A DNA stretch of 64,000 nucleotides from a virus. Taxonomy: Duplodnaviria > Heunggongvirae > Uroviricota > Caudoviricetes. The stretch is from the IMG/VR virus record IMGVR_UViG_3300036945_000745; one strand, given 5' to 3'. Position 1 is the first letter of the stretch. Each line of letters opens with the position of its first letter. Under the pieces are notes generated by a model. It was given only the letters and a program-made list of their open reading frames with translations, searched no databases and was not told where the DNA came from. Of the stretch, positions 9,469 through 19,081 are shown in pieces. The position numbers and the translations under genes are program-made.

Positions 9469-11643
9469 CTACTTAGTAAGGAATAATTCATTCAAAGTCT
9501 TAGTGATTGGCATGATATCGTTAATGTTAATAAAACGGCTATCTTCACCATACATCGTTTTGAATTTACGTTTTGATGAGTCGGAGTCGTAATCAGATAC
9601 GAAATAAGCCATCACTCTAACACCCTGCTCTTTAATTTTCTTAACCATCTTACGAGTATGTAGTACGGCAACATCACCATAATAGTTAGTACCATCTTCA
9701 CTAAAGTTTGGCTCACCATCACATATGTTTAAGAAGTATGAATCCACATCTTTGGTAGTAGGAACAAAGTATTTCATAGTTGCTTCGTAACATAAACCTT
9801 CAGGCGTTGTACCATTAGCTCTAAGTGCAGGGAACAAACGTTTCACTTTATCAAACTTATCAACTCTACTATCATATGCCTGGCAGATGTAAGCTTTCGT
9901 ACCCCATATACCTCTAATTGTAACCTGAACATCTAAGTTAGAAACCATCGATGCTGCTTTACAAATAGCGATTGTAGTTGTAAGTGCCTTATCCCAAGTA
10001 CCACCACTCATAGAACCACTACCATCTAAACTGATATGTAAGTTAGCTTTCTTAAATTTATCTACATCCTTAGTACTGAATACATTTACATAATCATAAC
10101 CAAGTCCGGCAATCAATCTACGGTCAATCTTACCACTCTTTTGGCGGGGATTATCAGTAACACGCTCTTCACTACGAATTGCCAAACGTTTACCTAACAA
10201 CGTACCCAATTGAATACCCTTTCTTAAAGTTGCCTCATTGTATGAGTAGAACTTACCTTCGCCACCATATGTACTCCAATCAGCGAATGGGAAAGCGTAA
10301 TCTTTCATCAACTCTTCGGTCATACGTTTTGATACAATACATTGTGTACCTTTAAGGAACACACCATTAGTTTGAACTTCTCCACCCACACTAACCATTT
10401 CAGTACCACTTTTTTCAACAGAATCAAGCAACTGATTATCTTTCTTAGTAATTGCTTTCTTTTTGATTTGGTTATTGATAAAGTCTTTCTGATTCTGAAT
10501 CTTTTTGTCAAGTTGCTTCTTAACATTATCAGATAATGTTTCTTTAGCTTTACCATTGGCATCATCTTTATCACCATCAGCTTCAGAATTACTATCTTCA
10601 TCCGATTCACTACCATTCATATTTGGTTGATTTTTCATAGAACCACCGCCTGTTGAAGGAGATTGTTCATCATCTGAAGCATCATTGTCAATCTCATTTT
10701 GCTCACTTTCACCACCTTCACCACCACTACCTTCGGTTTGTTGTGGTTCACCATCTTTATCTTGCTCACCTTGTCCACCATCTTGTGGTTTTGGTTGTGA
10801 TTGTGGAAGCGGGTCAATTGCTAAACCAATGATTTCAGCGATTTGCTCAGCTACCAATAAACTATCATAAGTTGATTTTAATCTACTAATGTTTTTAAGT
10901 TCAACCAATGAATAAATCTTAGCCAAACCTTTAAGTTTGTTTAAAACAGTGTTAGGGTTTGTAAGATTGATAACACGGAACATATATGAATCAATTGTTT
11001 CATCAGTAAATTCATCGGAAACAATACCCTTATCAATTACTTTATCATTAAAGTATTCATCGTATAAAGCACGATAGTAATCTCTATAACCTGGACAAGT
11101 ATTGAAGATGTATTGGTCAATACGTCTATCTTCAATCCAATTGGTAAGGTTCTTAATTAACTGCCAAACCTCCCCATTGTAAACTCCCTTTACTTCAAAC
11201 AATTCTCTCAAACTTTGAGGAACTGAATAATTACTAAAGGTATCGAAATTTGTTAAATTAATGTGAGATGCTTCGTGCAATGCTAATCCAACCGCCACAT
11301 CAAATTTCTCTGGCTTAACTTCGGCTGATAATACTACCGATTTACCATCAGTATAAGAATCACCTTTTTTGTAAAACTTAACAGGGATATTTTTGTTGGT
11401 TAAGATATTAACAAAGTTACCAATTGCTCTTCGGTGAGCCGATAACCTTAACATTTCCACAGTCGATGATTGTGAAGATGATAACTTTTTTGTTTGAAAT
11501 GAATCCGTTTCAGCATCATAGTAAGATTCGGTAAACATTTCGTCATCATAGTTACTCCATTCATCAGCCCAAAAGGATGATGCGGATGATACTTTAGATT
11601 TTTTGTTGGAACTAAATTTGGATAGATAACTCATATTACTCAT
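9469..11643 (-). CDS. vWA-domain protein, CobT-like partner of the AAA+ ATPase
   Basis: C-terminal MIDAS motif DGSGSMSGGT; long acidic low-complexity linker (DDASDDEQS...SESDEDSNSEADGDKDD), as in CobT. Confidence 0.65.
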   Translation of the reverse strand: MSNMSYLSKFSSNKKSKVSSASSFWADEWSNYDDEMFTESYYDAETDSFQTKKLSSSQSSTVEMLRLSAHRRAIGNFVNILTNKNIPVKFYKKGDSYTDGKSVVLSAEVKPEKFDVAVGLALHEASHINLTNFDTFSNYSVPQSLRELFEVKGVYNGEVWQLIKNLTNWIEDRRIDQYIFNTCPGYRDYYRALYDEYFNDKVIDKGIVSDEFTDETIDSYMFRVINLTNPNTVLNKLKGLAKIYSLVELKNISRLKSTYDSLLVAEQIAEIIGLAIDPLPQSQPKPQDGGQGEQDKDGEPQQTEGSGGEGGESEQNEIDNDASDDEQSPSTGGGSMKNQPNMNGSESDEDSNSEADGDKDDANGKAKETLSDNVKKQLDKKIQNQKDFINNQIKKKAITKKDNQLLDSVEKSGTEMVSVGGEVQTNGVFLKGTQCIVSKRMTEELMKDYAFPFADWSTYGGEGKFYSYNEATLRKGIQLGTLLGKRLAIRSEERVTDNPRQKSGKIDRRLIAGLGYDYVNVFSTKDVDKFKKANLHISLDGSGSMSGGTWDKALTTTIAICKAASMVSNLDVQVTIRGIWGTKAYICQAYDSRVDKFDKVKRLFPALRANGTTPEGLCYEATMKYFVPTTKDVDSYFLNICDGEPNFSEDGTNYYGDVAVLHTRKMVKKIKEQGVRVMAYFVSDYDSDSSKRKFKTMYGEDSRFININDIMPITKTLNELFLTK

Positions 11644-11669
11644 TTTTATAGTTTAACTCTCAATTGTTA

Positions 11670-11704
11670 TACAATATACGAAAAATAATCGGTATTGCCA
11701 AACA
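11670..11704 (-). promoter_or_regulatory. long-form promoter copy
   Basis: Plus-strand caatatacgaaaaataatcggtattgccaaaca upstream of 9469..11643. Confidence 0.5.
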
Positions 11705-11802
11705 TTTATTAAAATATTTTTTAATGTATTGATTATCAACACATTAGGCATAAAAAAAGACCTACATATGTAAGTCTTTGATTATCAATTAGTTATGAAA
11801 TA

Positions 11803-12552
11803 CTACTTTTTTGAAGCCTGTTTAACCATAGCAACAGTTGCTTTATATACTGGCGATTCTTTATCATACTTCAAAGCGGATTTTACTTTAATCATTTTGC
11901 CCGTTTCAGGGTTCTTAACCATCTTATCAGCTATACCTTTTGGTAAAAGTGATTTCAATTGTGTCGGATTTGCTACCATCTTTTGAGAACCCGGCTCAGC
12001 TTTTGTTTGAACTTTTGGTTCATCAACTTTTTGTGGTTCATCTTTTGGTTCAAATGTAAATACTTGCCCACCTTTCAATTTACTATATCCTTGTGCTACT
12101 TTTCCAGGTGAGAACTTTCCAATATTAAATGCTTCACCTGATTTTGAATCGATGAATGTTGCCTCACCTTTTGCTTTAGTTTCTTCATCTGCAAATAATA
12201 CACTATCTTGCTCATACTTCTTACCCAATGATTGAACATCTTCTTTTGATATATTAGGTATGAATAACGATTTCTCTTGCGTTGGAACTTTCATATCATC
12301 CGGACAATCCTTATATTCGGTATCAGGCTTTCTACATTCTTGCCACATACCATCTACGTGAACAAATCCATATCCCATTTTACGCAAATCAGCTTCTAAT
12401 TCTTTGTTTCGTTGCTTATTTTCAGCAGATGTTAATTCACCTCTACTTGCTGTTACGACTCCCCAATTTTTCATTTTAGGATTAGAAACAACGTGCTGAT
12501 ATATTCTACCTAACGATGCTTCGTTTAAATCGTATCTTCCTGCTTTTATCAT
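11803..12552 (-). CDS. hypothetical protein with Lys-rich C-terminal tail shared with 54340..55173
   Basis: C-terminal KSLLPKGIADKMVKNPETGKMIKVKSALKYD matches SLKSLLPKDLEKTIKNPETGRMIKIKSALGYD in the other gene. Confidence 0.5.
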   Translation of the reverse strand: MIKAGRYDLNEASLGRIYQHVVSNPKMKNWGVVTASRGELTSAENKQRNKELEADLRKMGYGFVHVDGMWQECRKPDTEYKDCPDDMKVPTQEKSLFIPNISKEDVQSLGKKYEQDSVLFADEETKAKGEATFIDSKSGEAFNIGKFSPGKVAQGYSKLKGGQVFTFEPKDEPQKVDEPKVQTKAEPGSQKMVANPTQLKSLLPKGIADKMVKNPETGKMIKVKSALKYDKESPVYKATVAMVKQASKK

Positions 12553-12582
12553 TTGTATATTATCTTTGGTATAAATATAAAT

Positions 12583-12762
12583 TAAAACTCAAAATCTTCA
12601 GTTGGATTGAATCCTTTTGCTTTAATTGGTGAATTAGTTTGTGGTTTATTACCAACCACTGTAATCTTAGTCGTTGGTTGCTGATTGGATTGTTGCTCTT
12701 TTATAGCATCTCTAATCTCTTCCAATAAGTTTTTAATGATTGTAAATTGTTCAACTTCCATA
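12583..12762 (-). CDS. small hypothetical protein (59 aa, below the ORF-track cut-off)
   Basis: Manual translation MEVEQFTIIKNLLEEIRDAIKEQQSNQQ... Confidence 0.25.
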
Positions 12763-12770
12763 TATTATAT

Positions 12771-13028
12771 TTATAACGTTTCATGTGGATACCAATCTTC
12801 ATCCCATCCATCTCTACCTGCTGCCGCTCGTTTATGAGCATCTTCTTCCCAATTTAGAAAAGTATCTACTTTATTGTAAGTAGGATATTTTTTTTTCTTA
12901 TTAAAAATTGATTTAGTTAAAATATTAGCTATAAATACAGCTACTAAAGATTTCCGGCTATTCGGTGAGCGGCGTCCCATAATGATGATAAGATAAAGAT
13001 TTAGCTGTAATGGGAGGATTCGAACCAT
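12771..13028 (-). CDS. hypothetical protein (5' end overlaps a tRNA-like fragment, so the start is doubtful)
   Basis: 85-aa ORF. Confidence 0.3.
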   Translation of the reverse strand: MVRILPLQLNLYLIIIMGRRSPNSRKSLVAVFIANILTKSIFNKKKKYPTYNKVDTFLNWEEDAHKRAAAGRDGWDEDWYPHETL

Positions 13029-13090
13029 CCACGATGCGATTCAGTTAGTAACATCCGCCGGCCGGCTTGGTGGTCTACCCCATATTACTA
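13008..13090 (-). other. tRNA-like fragment next to tRNA-Ser
   Basis: GGAUGG-UUCGAAU-CCUCC T-arm and a GCCGGCCGGC palindrome; no cloverleaf can be built. Confidence 0.25.
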
Positions 13091-13186
13091 ACCTATTTCG
13101 TACTCATCACCCCCGAGACAGGAGGGCTTGTCTGCCAGATTTGCACACGTACAAATCATTTTCCAACACACTACAATTTATTTTTG

Positions 13187-13272
13187 CGGAAGGAGTAGGA
13201 TTCGAACCCACGGTACCTTTCAGTACACTTGATTTCAAGTCAAGCGCGATAGACCAACTCTGCCATCCTTCC
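13187..13272 (-). tRNA. tRNA-Ser (anticodon UGA), type II
   Basis: Acceptor GGAAGGA/UCCUUCC; anticodon arm CUUGA-CUUGAAA-UCAAG; long variable arm; T-arm GUGGG-UUCGAAU-CCUAC. Confidence 0.8.
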
Positions 13273-13296
13273 GTTATATACAACTATATGTATATA

Positions 13297-13578
13297 TTAT
13301 AATATTTTTTTATCATTTCTTCTACGAGCTTCTTCAGCTTCTTTATACCAACGAATCCAAGTTAGGGATACATCGATAGGCGCTAATACCCAAGCCATCA
13401 TCACCACCATAATAGAATCTAAGCCAGGTGATAATCCAATCATACCTTCATTATATCTATTTTGATATTTTGTGAATAGTTGATAGAAACAATAGATAAC
13501 GCAAATTGCGTAATAAGTCCAAAACATAACTTTTAATTTTACTTTTAATAAAAATGAGTTTATGGGGAATGATTCCAA
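13297..13578 (-). CDS. membrane protein
   Basis: Two TM helices. Confidence 0.45.
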   Translation of the reverse strand: MESFPINSFLLKVKLKVMFWTYYAICVIYCFYQLFTKYQNRYNEGMIGLSPGLDSIMVVMMAWVLAPIDVSLTWIRWYKEAEEARRRNDKKIL

Positions 13579-13761
13579 ATATAAAGGTTATCCAGGTTCA
13601 GCGAGGTTTGAATTTATTGATATCACGCGACAAGAGACCCTAATATTTTTGAAGTTTGTTAATTATTCATTATCTTATTCGTTCATCCGCTATTTGGTGT
13701 CATAGTAGAATTGTAAGAATAAACTAAATAAATGGTTTCAAACCCCACTCACTCAATATTT

Positions 13762-14220
13762 TTAGATTTGAGTTGTTGCGTTATGAACATCCAATTCATC
13801 TTGCAACTGCTCAATTTTTACATTTAGAATATCCACTTTTTTTTGGATATCTACAATTGATAATTCTACTTCTTTTACTGAAACAACACTTCCATATCGG
13901 GAGTCTTGCTTTCCTTCATCCGTTGGAACTTTCTTTAATTCCTTTACCAAACCTTTCAATTCAGCCAATGCGAAGATTTTATCATACACCGGTTGGTTTG
14001 CTCTATGCAATTCGGCTTTCAATTGAACCAACTCATTTGTCAATTCAGTAACCTTATCCAATGCTTCTGCCATTGAATATCTACGAGGATTTCCTTCTTC
14101 TATTGAATTATACTTTTTCAAAATCTCATATTGAGCTTTCAAATCTGCAACCAATTTGTTTTTTGCCTTTAAGGCCTGCTTTACGTTCATATCTTTAAGT
14201 TTTATCGTTTTGTTTTTCAA
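13762..14220 (-). CDS. coiled-coil protein
   Basis: Heptad-rich 152-aa ORF. Confidence 0.5.
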   Translation of the reverse strand: MKNKTIKLKDMNVKQALKAKNKLVADLKAQYEILKKYNSIEEGNPRRYSMAEALDKVTELTNELVQLKAELHRANQPVYDKIFALAELKGLVKELKKVPTDEGKQDSRYGSVVSVKEVELSIVDIQKKVDILNVKIEQLQDELDVHNATTQI

Positions 14221-14255
14221 ATATACTATATTAATTTGGATTTTCCAAATTTATT

Positions 14256-15401
14256 TTAATGAGAATCGCCAACATTGTGTTTTTCAGCGAAAATTAAATA
14301 ATCAGGATTTATTACCTTTGCTATCTTCTCTCTACCTTTAGATTGGTGTTTGATTACAATACCCTCCTCCGGCACTTTAGTACCTTCAATGAAATTATTG
14401 AATACATACTTATCTTGTACTTCTTGTGACCACCTACCAAAGTGTAAAATCTCTACATATGGTAATTCCAAAATATCTTTGATTAAAAGTTTAGAGTTGA
14501 TTGGGTCTAAATACTCACCATCCTCCTTTACATCGAATCCTACGAACTCAATCTCACTCAACCCATAATCGTATCCCTTTTGGATTCCAGCTCCGTAAAT
14601 CTCACCATATAAAGTGATACCATCTCCGATAACTACATCCATATCTTCATTCTTAACATAATCCCATAACTTTTGTTTGATACCATATTTCTTATCGATT
14701 TCATACCATACGTTTGTATCGTAGAATCCATTAGAATCTGAACCTTTCTCAACATTATGCGAACCAACTACGAATTCGAACTCATCCCATTTGTTACCAA
14801 ATCCAAAGAACTTCTTAATATTATGCCAAACTGATAATTTAAGTTTCCTAACAATACCATATCTGGCATTTGTTCCGTGAATTTTACGAGTGATTTCAAC
14901 CGTATCTTCTTCAGTAAACATTCCAGGTACATTCTTTAAGTTTGGAAACTTATAATATACGTGAAAGTTTGGATTATCTTGGTATCTGATTTTCTTACCA
15001 CTTGCCAATTGAACCATTTTTACGGGTGGTTCAAATTTAACAATACCAAAAATATGCATACAATCACTACCTTCTTTCAAATCCCAATCTCCGATAGTAC
15101 TTCTACCATGTAAGAATTTATTTGGAATGATTAAACATTCTGAATATACACCTCTTAATTTCACAGTCCTAACTCTACCACCTTTACGAAGATAGCTAGT
15201 AACTCCCATCTCATCCGATAATGATTCCGGAATTACGGCATCGGTTGTAGCGATGATAACTTCATCACCTATTTTTTGCTCACCTTTTTTAGTGATACAA
15301 TTCCAACCACCAACTACTGCTAACTCAATGTTATCAGCTCCTTCAATTGGTTTGATTTCATTAATTGTTGCTACATAGCAAACTGAATTATTATTTTCCA
15401 T
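14256..15401 (-). CDS. ATP-dependent RNA ligase, Rnl2-like, with N-terminal extension
   Basis: Nucleotidyltransferase motif I RKIHGTNARYG (T4 Rnl2 has KIHGTN). Motif IV EEGIVIK about 165 residues downstream, followed by conserved lysines. Confidence 0.65.
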   Translation of the reverse strand: MENNNSVCYVATINEIKPIEGADNIELAVVGGWNCITKKGEQKIGDEVIIATTDAVIPESLSDEMGVTSYLRKGGRVRTVKLRGVYSECLIIPNKFLHGRSTIGDWDLKEGSDCMHIFGIVKFEPPVKMVQLASGKKIRYQDNPNFHVYYKFPNLKNVPGMFTEEDTVEITRKIHGTNARYGIVRKLKLSVWHNIKKFFGFGNKWDEFEFVVGSHNVEKGSDSNGFYDTNVWYEIDKKYGIKQKLWDYVKNEDMDVVIGDGITLYGEIYGAGIQKGYDYGLSEIEFVGFDVKEDGEYLDPINSKLLIKDILELPYVEILHFGRWSQEVQDKYVFNNFIEGTKVPEEGIVIKHQSKGREKIAKVINPDYLIFAEKHNVGDSH

Positions 15402-15406
15402 TTCTT

Positions 15407-15823
15407 TTATAATTGAATTTCAAATCTATTAGCCATTTGTTTTATTTTTTCTTCTGGCACATTATGTACATTATCACCATCGTGTCTATTTTCAACAATG
15501 ATTGAATGAACTCTATATCCATATTGCTTTGCTAATCCAAAATATGTATCCATTTCCCATCGTTTGGTGAATGTATTGGATACTACAATATGCGGATAGA
15601 ATTGTTCATTAAGTTGATTATCTTTCATTCGCATTTCTACCTCATCTCTACACCATTTATGTGCAGCAGTTAATTTATTACTATCAAAGTTATAGTTTCC
15701 CTCCTTATCATAGAAAAACTTATCAGCTTCACATACTGAAAATTCATTTGTGATAGTATTTGCGAATGTCGTTTTACCACTTCCTGGCAACCCTCTTACT
15801 AATGTTAATATTTTTGGTATCAT
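15407..15823 (-). CDS. P-loop polynucleotide-kinase-like protein (AAA_33)
   Basis: Walker A LVRGLPGSGKTTFA; about 140 aa; adjacent to the ligase and two phosphatases. Confidence 0.6.
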   Translation of the reverse strand: MIPKILTLVRGLPGSGKTTFANTITNEFSVCEADKFFYDKEGNYNFDSNKLTAAHKWCRDEVEMRMKDNQLNEQFYPHIVVSNTFTKRWEMDTYFGLAKQYGYRVHSIIVENRHDGDNVHNVPEEKIKQMANRFEIQL

Positions 15824-15829
15824 AATTTA

Positions 15830-16048
15830 TTATTTATCTTCTATCCAAATATGCATATCGGTTATTAATGGATTTGATTCACCCGGTATGTAATATGGGT
15901 TACTAATGCTTTTCCATTTCATACCACACCTATTACATATACACTTATTGGGCATCCACCCAAAATTATATGAGTATTTGTGACCTATTATTTTACAAAT
16001 CCACTTTTTCATTTTACTTATAATTCTCCACAATCTCGTGATGGTCAA
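15830..16048 (-). CDS. small Cys-rich (zinc-ribbon-like) protein
   Basis: CKIIGHKY...CICNRCG; overlaps the start of the next ORF. Confidence 0.3.
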   Translation of the reverse strand: MTITRLWRIISKMKKWICKIIGHKYSYNFGWMPNKCICNRCGMKWKSISNPYYIPGESNPLITDMHIWIEDK

Positions 16049-16667
16049 ATATGAACATACTTTTGATTGGTTGGTTTCTCATTAATCTCAATACTTCACT
16101 CATTTGAATTGGGTACAATCCGTTTCCATCCACACCCACATCCATCATTTTTCCAGCACCAATTCGTAACCTAGGTTCAAAGTGAACGTGCCCATGCAAA
16201 TGGATAGCGCCTCTCGCCATATTATCCCAACTTGCTATTGGAAAGTGCATTAGAGCAAATCGTATATCATCATATCCACCACTTCCATTTGGAAATTTCA
16301 CATTTAAGTTTAGGTATTTGTTTACCGAAGCAAAAAGCGATTGACAACCTTCTCTGTTGTTTTCAATGTGATGGTCGTGGTTGCCTGTAATGATGTGAAT
16401 GTTTTTACAAACAATTTGATTTCTGAATTGTTCGATACTTTCAAATCCACCAAAACTCCAATCACCTAAGTGAAATAGAATATCATCCTGTCCGACCATT
16501 TCGTTGATGTTACCAACGAGGTGAGCGTTCATATGTTCTAATGTTTTGAATTCTCTACAAGTCACCGGGTCTGTCCACTTTGTTGTAGCGGAACAAATAT
16601 TAGCATGGTTGTAGTGTGTATCACTTGTAAACCATAACTTCTGTCCTTTTTCTAATACTATTTTCAT
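16014..16667 (-). CDS. calcineurin-type metallophosphoesterase
   Basis: FTSDTHYNH (DxH), LGDWSFGG (GDxx) and ITGNHDHH (GNHD/E) motifs. Confidence 0.7.
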   Translation of the reverse strand: MKIVLEKGQKLWFTSDTHYNHANICSATTKWTDPVTCREFKTLEHMNAHLVGNINEMVGQDDILFHLGDWSFGGFESIEQFRNQIVCKNIHIITGNHDHHIENNREGCQSLFASVNKYLNLNVKFPNGSGGYDDIRFALMHFPIASWDNMARGAIHLHGHVHFEPRLRIGAGKMMDVGVDGNGLYPIQMSEVLRLMRNQPIKSMFIFDHHEIVENYK

Positions 16668-16672
16668 AACTC

Positions 16673-17236
16673 TTATTTTAAGAATTCTATAATCTTTTCT
16701 TTTATTCCACTTTGTTTAATACCTTCTCTACTTTTAGGCGTTAATACGAAGTTATCTAACCCCCAGTTTTTCCAATCCTCACCATTCTTACCCATATCCA
16801 AATCATCAATAGAAACCCAATGTGTTATATCATTGTTATCTCTAAGATATTGAAGTATCTCCAATGAGCGAGATTGTTCTAAATCCCATTGTCGTGACCA
16901 TATGAAGTTTTCGGGTACATCACAATCACCTAAGTTTTTCGTAAAGGCGATTGGTTTCTTTTTGATTCCCTGTGATTCATAATATTCACCCATCTCCTCA
17001 ACACTTGCCCATCGTTTCCAATCAGATGAGATAACAATTTCAGCGTTAGTTTCTTCCAATATTTCATTTAGTATATTGATTGCTTTCTTATTAAAATTAT
17101 CAAATCGAGAAAGAACTGGCAATGAACCAACTGATTGACTTAGTTTACGTCCTGCTTCTCTTTGTTTCTTAAATCTACCTCCCCACTCTGTGGATAAACA
17201 TATAACACCATCGTGGTCTAAAAATATTACTTTCAT
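16673..17236 (-). CDS. HAD-superfamily phosphatase
   Basis: Motif I FLDHDGVI (DxDG) at the N-terminus. Confidence 0.55.
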   Translation of the reverse strand: MKVIFLDHDGVICLSTEWGGRFKKQREAGRKLSQSVGSLPVLSRFDNFNKKAINILNEILEETNAEIVISSDWKRWASVEEMGEYYESQGIKKKPIAFTKNLGDCDVPENFIWSRQWDLEQSRSLEILQYLRDNNDITHWVSIDDLDMGKNGEDWKNWGLDNFVLTPKSREGIKQSGIKEKIIEFLK

Positions 17237-17892
17237 TATTCTTCTTTTAAAGTATCTCTTAATTTTTTAATAGTTTCCAAATTATTATTTTCTAAATCCA
17301 ATGAATTTGGATAATATAATAATGTTGGATTCTTTTTCTGAATATCGATGTTTGGATATTTTTTTTTAAATTCCATTACATCAAATTTCTTAGTAATCAA
17401 ATGATGACCACTTTTTGTTGGAATTATTGATTCAATTTTAGAACCGTATGGTTTACATTCATTATCAATATACGCCATCATAATTGGACTTGCATCTTTT
17501 ATATCATCTACATCAATAATCCATCTCTTCTCTTGCGTTTTGATTTGACCAACTACTGAATCGAATAAACCTTTTTGATTTGTGTTACCATCTTGTATTC
17601 GTTGTGCGAGAGTAACCATCATATTCAAACTTACATCAAAATGATTTTGTTTCTGAATGTGTATATATGCTCTTGCTTTAAACATCTCACACATCTGAAT
17701 TACTTCATCCCATCTACGTTCTAAATGGTCAATACTCTCAATACAATAAGTTTTAATAGTTCTTACCGATTGATGATTATCCCTTTCACCTTCAGGCTGG
17801 TCCTTCTTACGTTTAAAAACATATAGCATATAGAAGTCACCCTTCGTTTCGAAGTTTAGTAACGGCTTTATTAACTTTAAATTGTTTATCAT
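17236..17892 (-). CDS. hypothetical protein, possibly AEP (primase-polymerase-like) fold
   Basis: WIIDVDD fits the hhhDhD motif and PTKSGHHLIT fits sGxGxH; the match is loose. Confidence 0.3.
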   Translation of the reverse strand: MINNLKLIKPLLNFETKGDFYMLYVFKRKKDQPEGERDNHQSVRTIKTYCIESIDHLERRWDEVIQMCEMFKARAYIHIQKQNHFDVSLNMMVTLAQRIQDGNTNQKGLFDSVVGQIKTQEKRWIIDVDDIKDASPIMMAYIDNECKPYGSKIESIIPTKSGHHLITKKFDVMEFKKKYPNIDIQKKNPTLLYYPNSLDLENNNLETIKKLRDTLKEE

Positions 17893-17920
17893 AACTTACA
17901 TTTTACTCCGTAAATATACG

Positions 17921-17954
17921 AAAAAAACCCCACATTGCCAAATAATTGTGAGGT
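17921..17954 (-). terminator. intrinsic terminator after the tRNA array
   Basis: Minus-strand hairpin CCUCACA...UGUGGGG followed by a U7 run. Confidence 0.5.
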
Positions 17955-17963
17955 TTTTTGTTG

Positions 17964-18034
17964 TTACCCGAGCAGGATTCGAACCTACCCTAACTGCACC
18001 AAAAACAGTTGTGCTACCGCTACACCATCAGGCA
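17964..18034 (-). tRNA. tRNA-Gln (UUG)
   Basis: Cloverleaf UGCCUGA...UCGGGUA; anticodon loop UUUUGGU; T-loop UUCGAAU. Confidence 0.75.
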
Positions 18035-18115
18035 AAATTCTCAAGCATTCTACTCCCCGCAATACGGAATTGTATCTAACTTAGCCCATCGTTGGCGGTA
18101 TGGGTACTTGAGTTG

Positions 18116-18187
18116 AGCGAGTATTCGGACTCGAACCGAAATCTCCGACTTGGAAGGCCGGAACACTAACCATTGTGCTATACTCGC
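18116..18187 (-). tRNA. tRNA-Gly (UCC)
   Basis: GCGAGUA acceptor; anticodon loop CUUCCAA; T-arm UUCGG-UUCGAGU-CCGAA. Confidence 0.85.
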
Positions 18188-18243
18188 ATTTAGTGGATGA
18201 ACAACATCTATCGTTCTTGCGGCTTCCCACTAAAGCCCATTTG

Positions 18244-18316
18244 AGCGAAAGACCGGGCTCGAACCGGCTACCCTCACCTTGGCAAGGTGATGCTCTACCA
18301 AATGAGCTACTTTCGC
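18244..18316 (-). tRNA. tRNA-Gly (GCC)
   Basis: GCGAAAG acceptor; anticodon loop UUGCCAA; T-loop UUCGAGC. Confidence 0.85.
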
Positions 18317-18708
18317 TTGTGACCCCTACCATTCTTTCTAGCGGATTCAGCCATTTTCTTTTTACCTTCGGCTGAAACATTTCTACTAGCGAATGTTGGA
18401 GTTTGTGAATGGCAATTAGGACAAAGTATTCTTAAATTATCATAAGTATTATTTGTTCTATCACCATCAATATGGTCTACATGCATACTAATTTCATGTC
18501 CCAACCACTCTGTGATTCCACAATCCTCACATTTATTTCCTCTAATTCGTTTAAGATAGATTGCCATATTATGATGCCAAACACTACCCTTTACAAATCT
18601 TTGTTTTACAGAGTACTCACCCTGACATTTGTTTGAACAATACTTACCATTTTTTTGAGATGGCATATAATCAAACTCTTTGTCACAATTTATACAATTA
18701 CCTTTCAT
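18307..18708 (-). CDS. HNH homing-type endonuclease
   Basis: HVDHIDGDRTNNTYDNLRILCPNCHSQ (HNH plus zinc knuckle); lies inside the tRNA array. Confidence 0.7.
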   Translation of the reverse strand: MKGNCINCDKEFDYMPSQKNGKYCSNKCQGEYSVKQRFVKGSVWHHNMAIYLKRIRGNKCEDCGITEWLGHEISMHVDHIDGDRTNNTYDNLRILCPNCHSQTPTFASRNVSAEGKKKMAESARKNGRGHKRK

Positions 18709-18766
18709 AGTTTTTTTCTTTTATATAAATATTAGAATACTTAAAAAAGATAAACTATTCTAACTA

Positions 18767-18843
18767 TGGTGGACCAGATAGGGCTCGAACCTATGACCTA
18801 CGCATTATGAGTGCGGCGCTCTAACCGACTGAGCTACAAGTCC
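18767..18843 (-). tRNA. tRNA-Met or tRNA-Ile2 (CAU), CCA encoded
   Basis: GGACUUG acceptor; loop CUCAUAA; 3' ACCA encoded. Confidence 0.8.
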
Positions 18844-18895
18844 AATTATCGTTTAATCTAACGATAAAATCTAATATCGTTTATTTCAACGATAG

Positions 18896-18969
18896 TGGAG
18901 ATAGAGGGATTCGAACCCACGACCCTCTACGTGCAAGGCAGATGCTCTAGCCAACTGAGCTATATCCCC
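18896..18969 (-). tRNA. tRNA-Ala (UGC)
   Basis: GGGGAUA acceptor with the G3:U70 alanine determinant; loop CUUGCAC. Confidence 0.8.
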
Positions 18970-19081
18970 ATTAATGTAATGTCTGTGCGGTTTGTTTCGA
19001 ATCCACTCCTTTGTACGAGTTTCAAAAGTTTCCATTTCATTCTTAGCATCTGTTCCGCTATTCTTTCGAATCATTACATTG

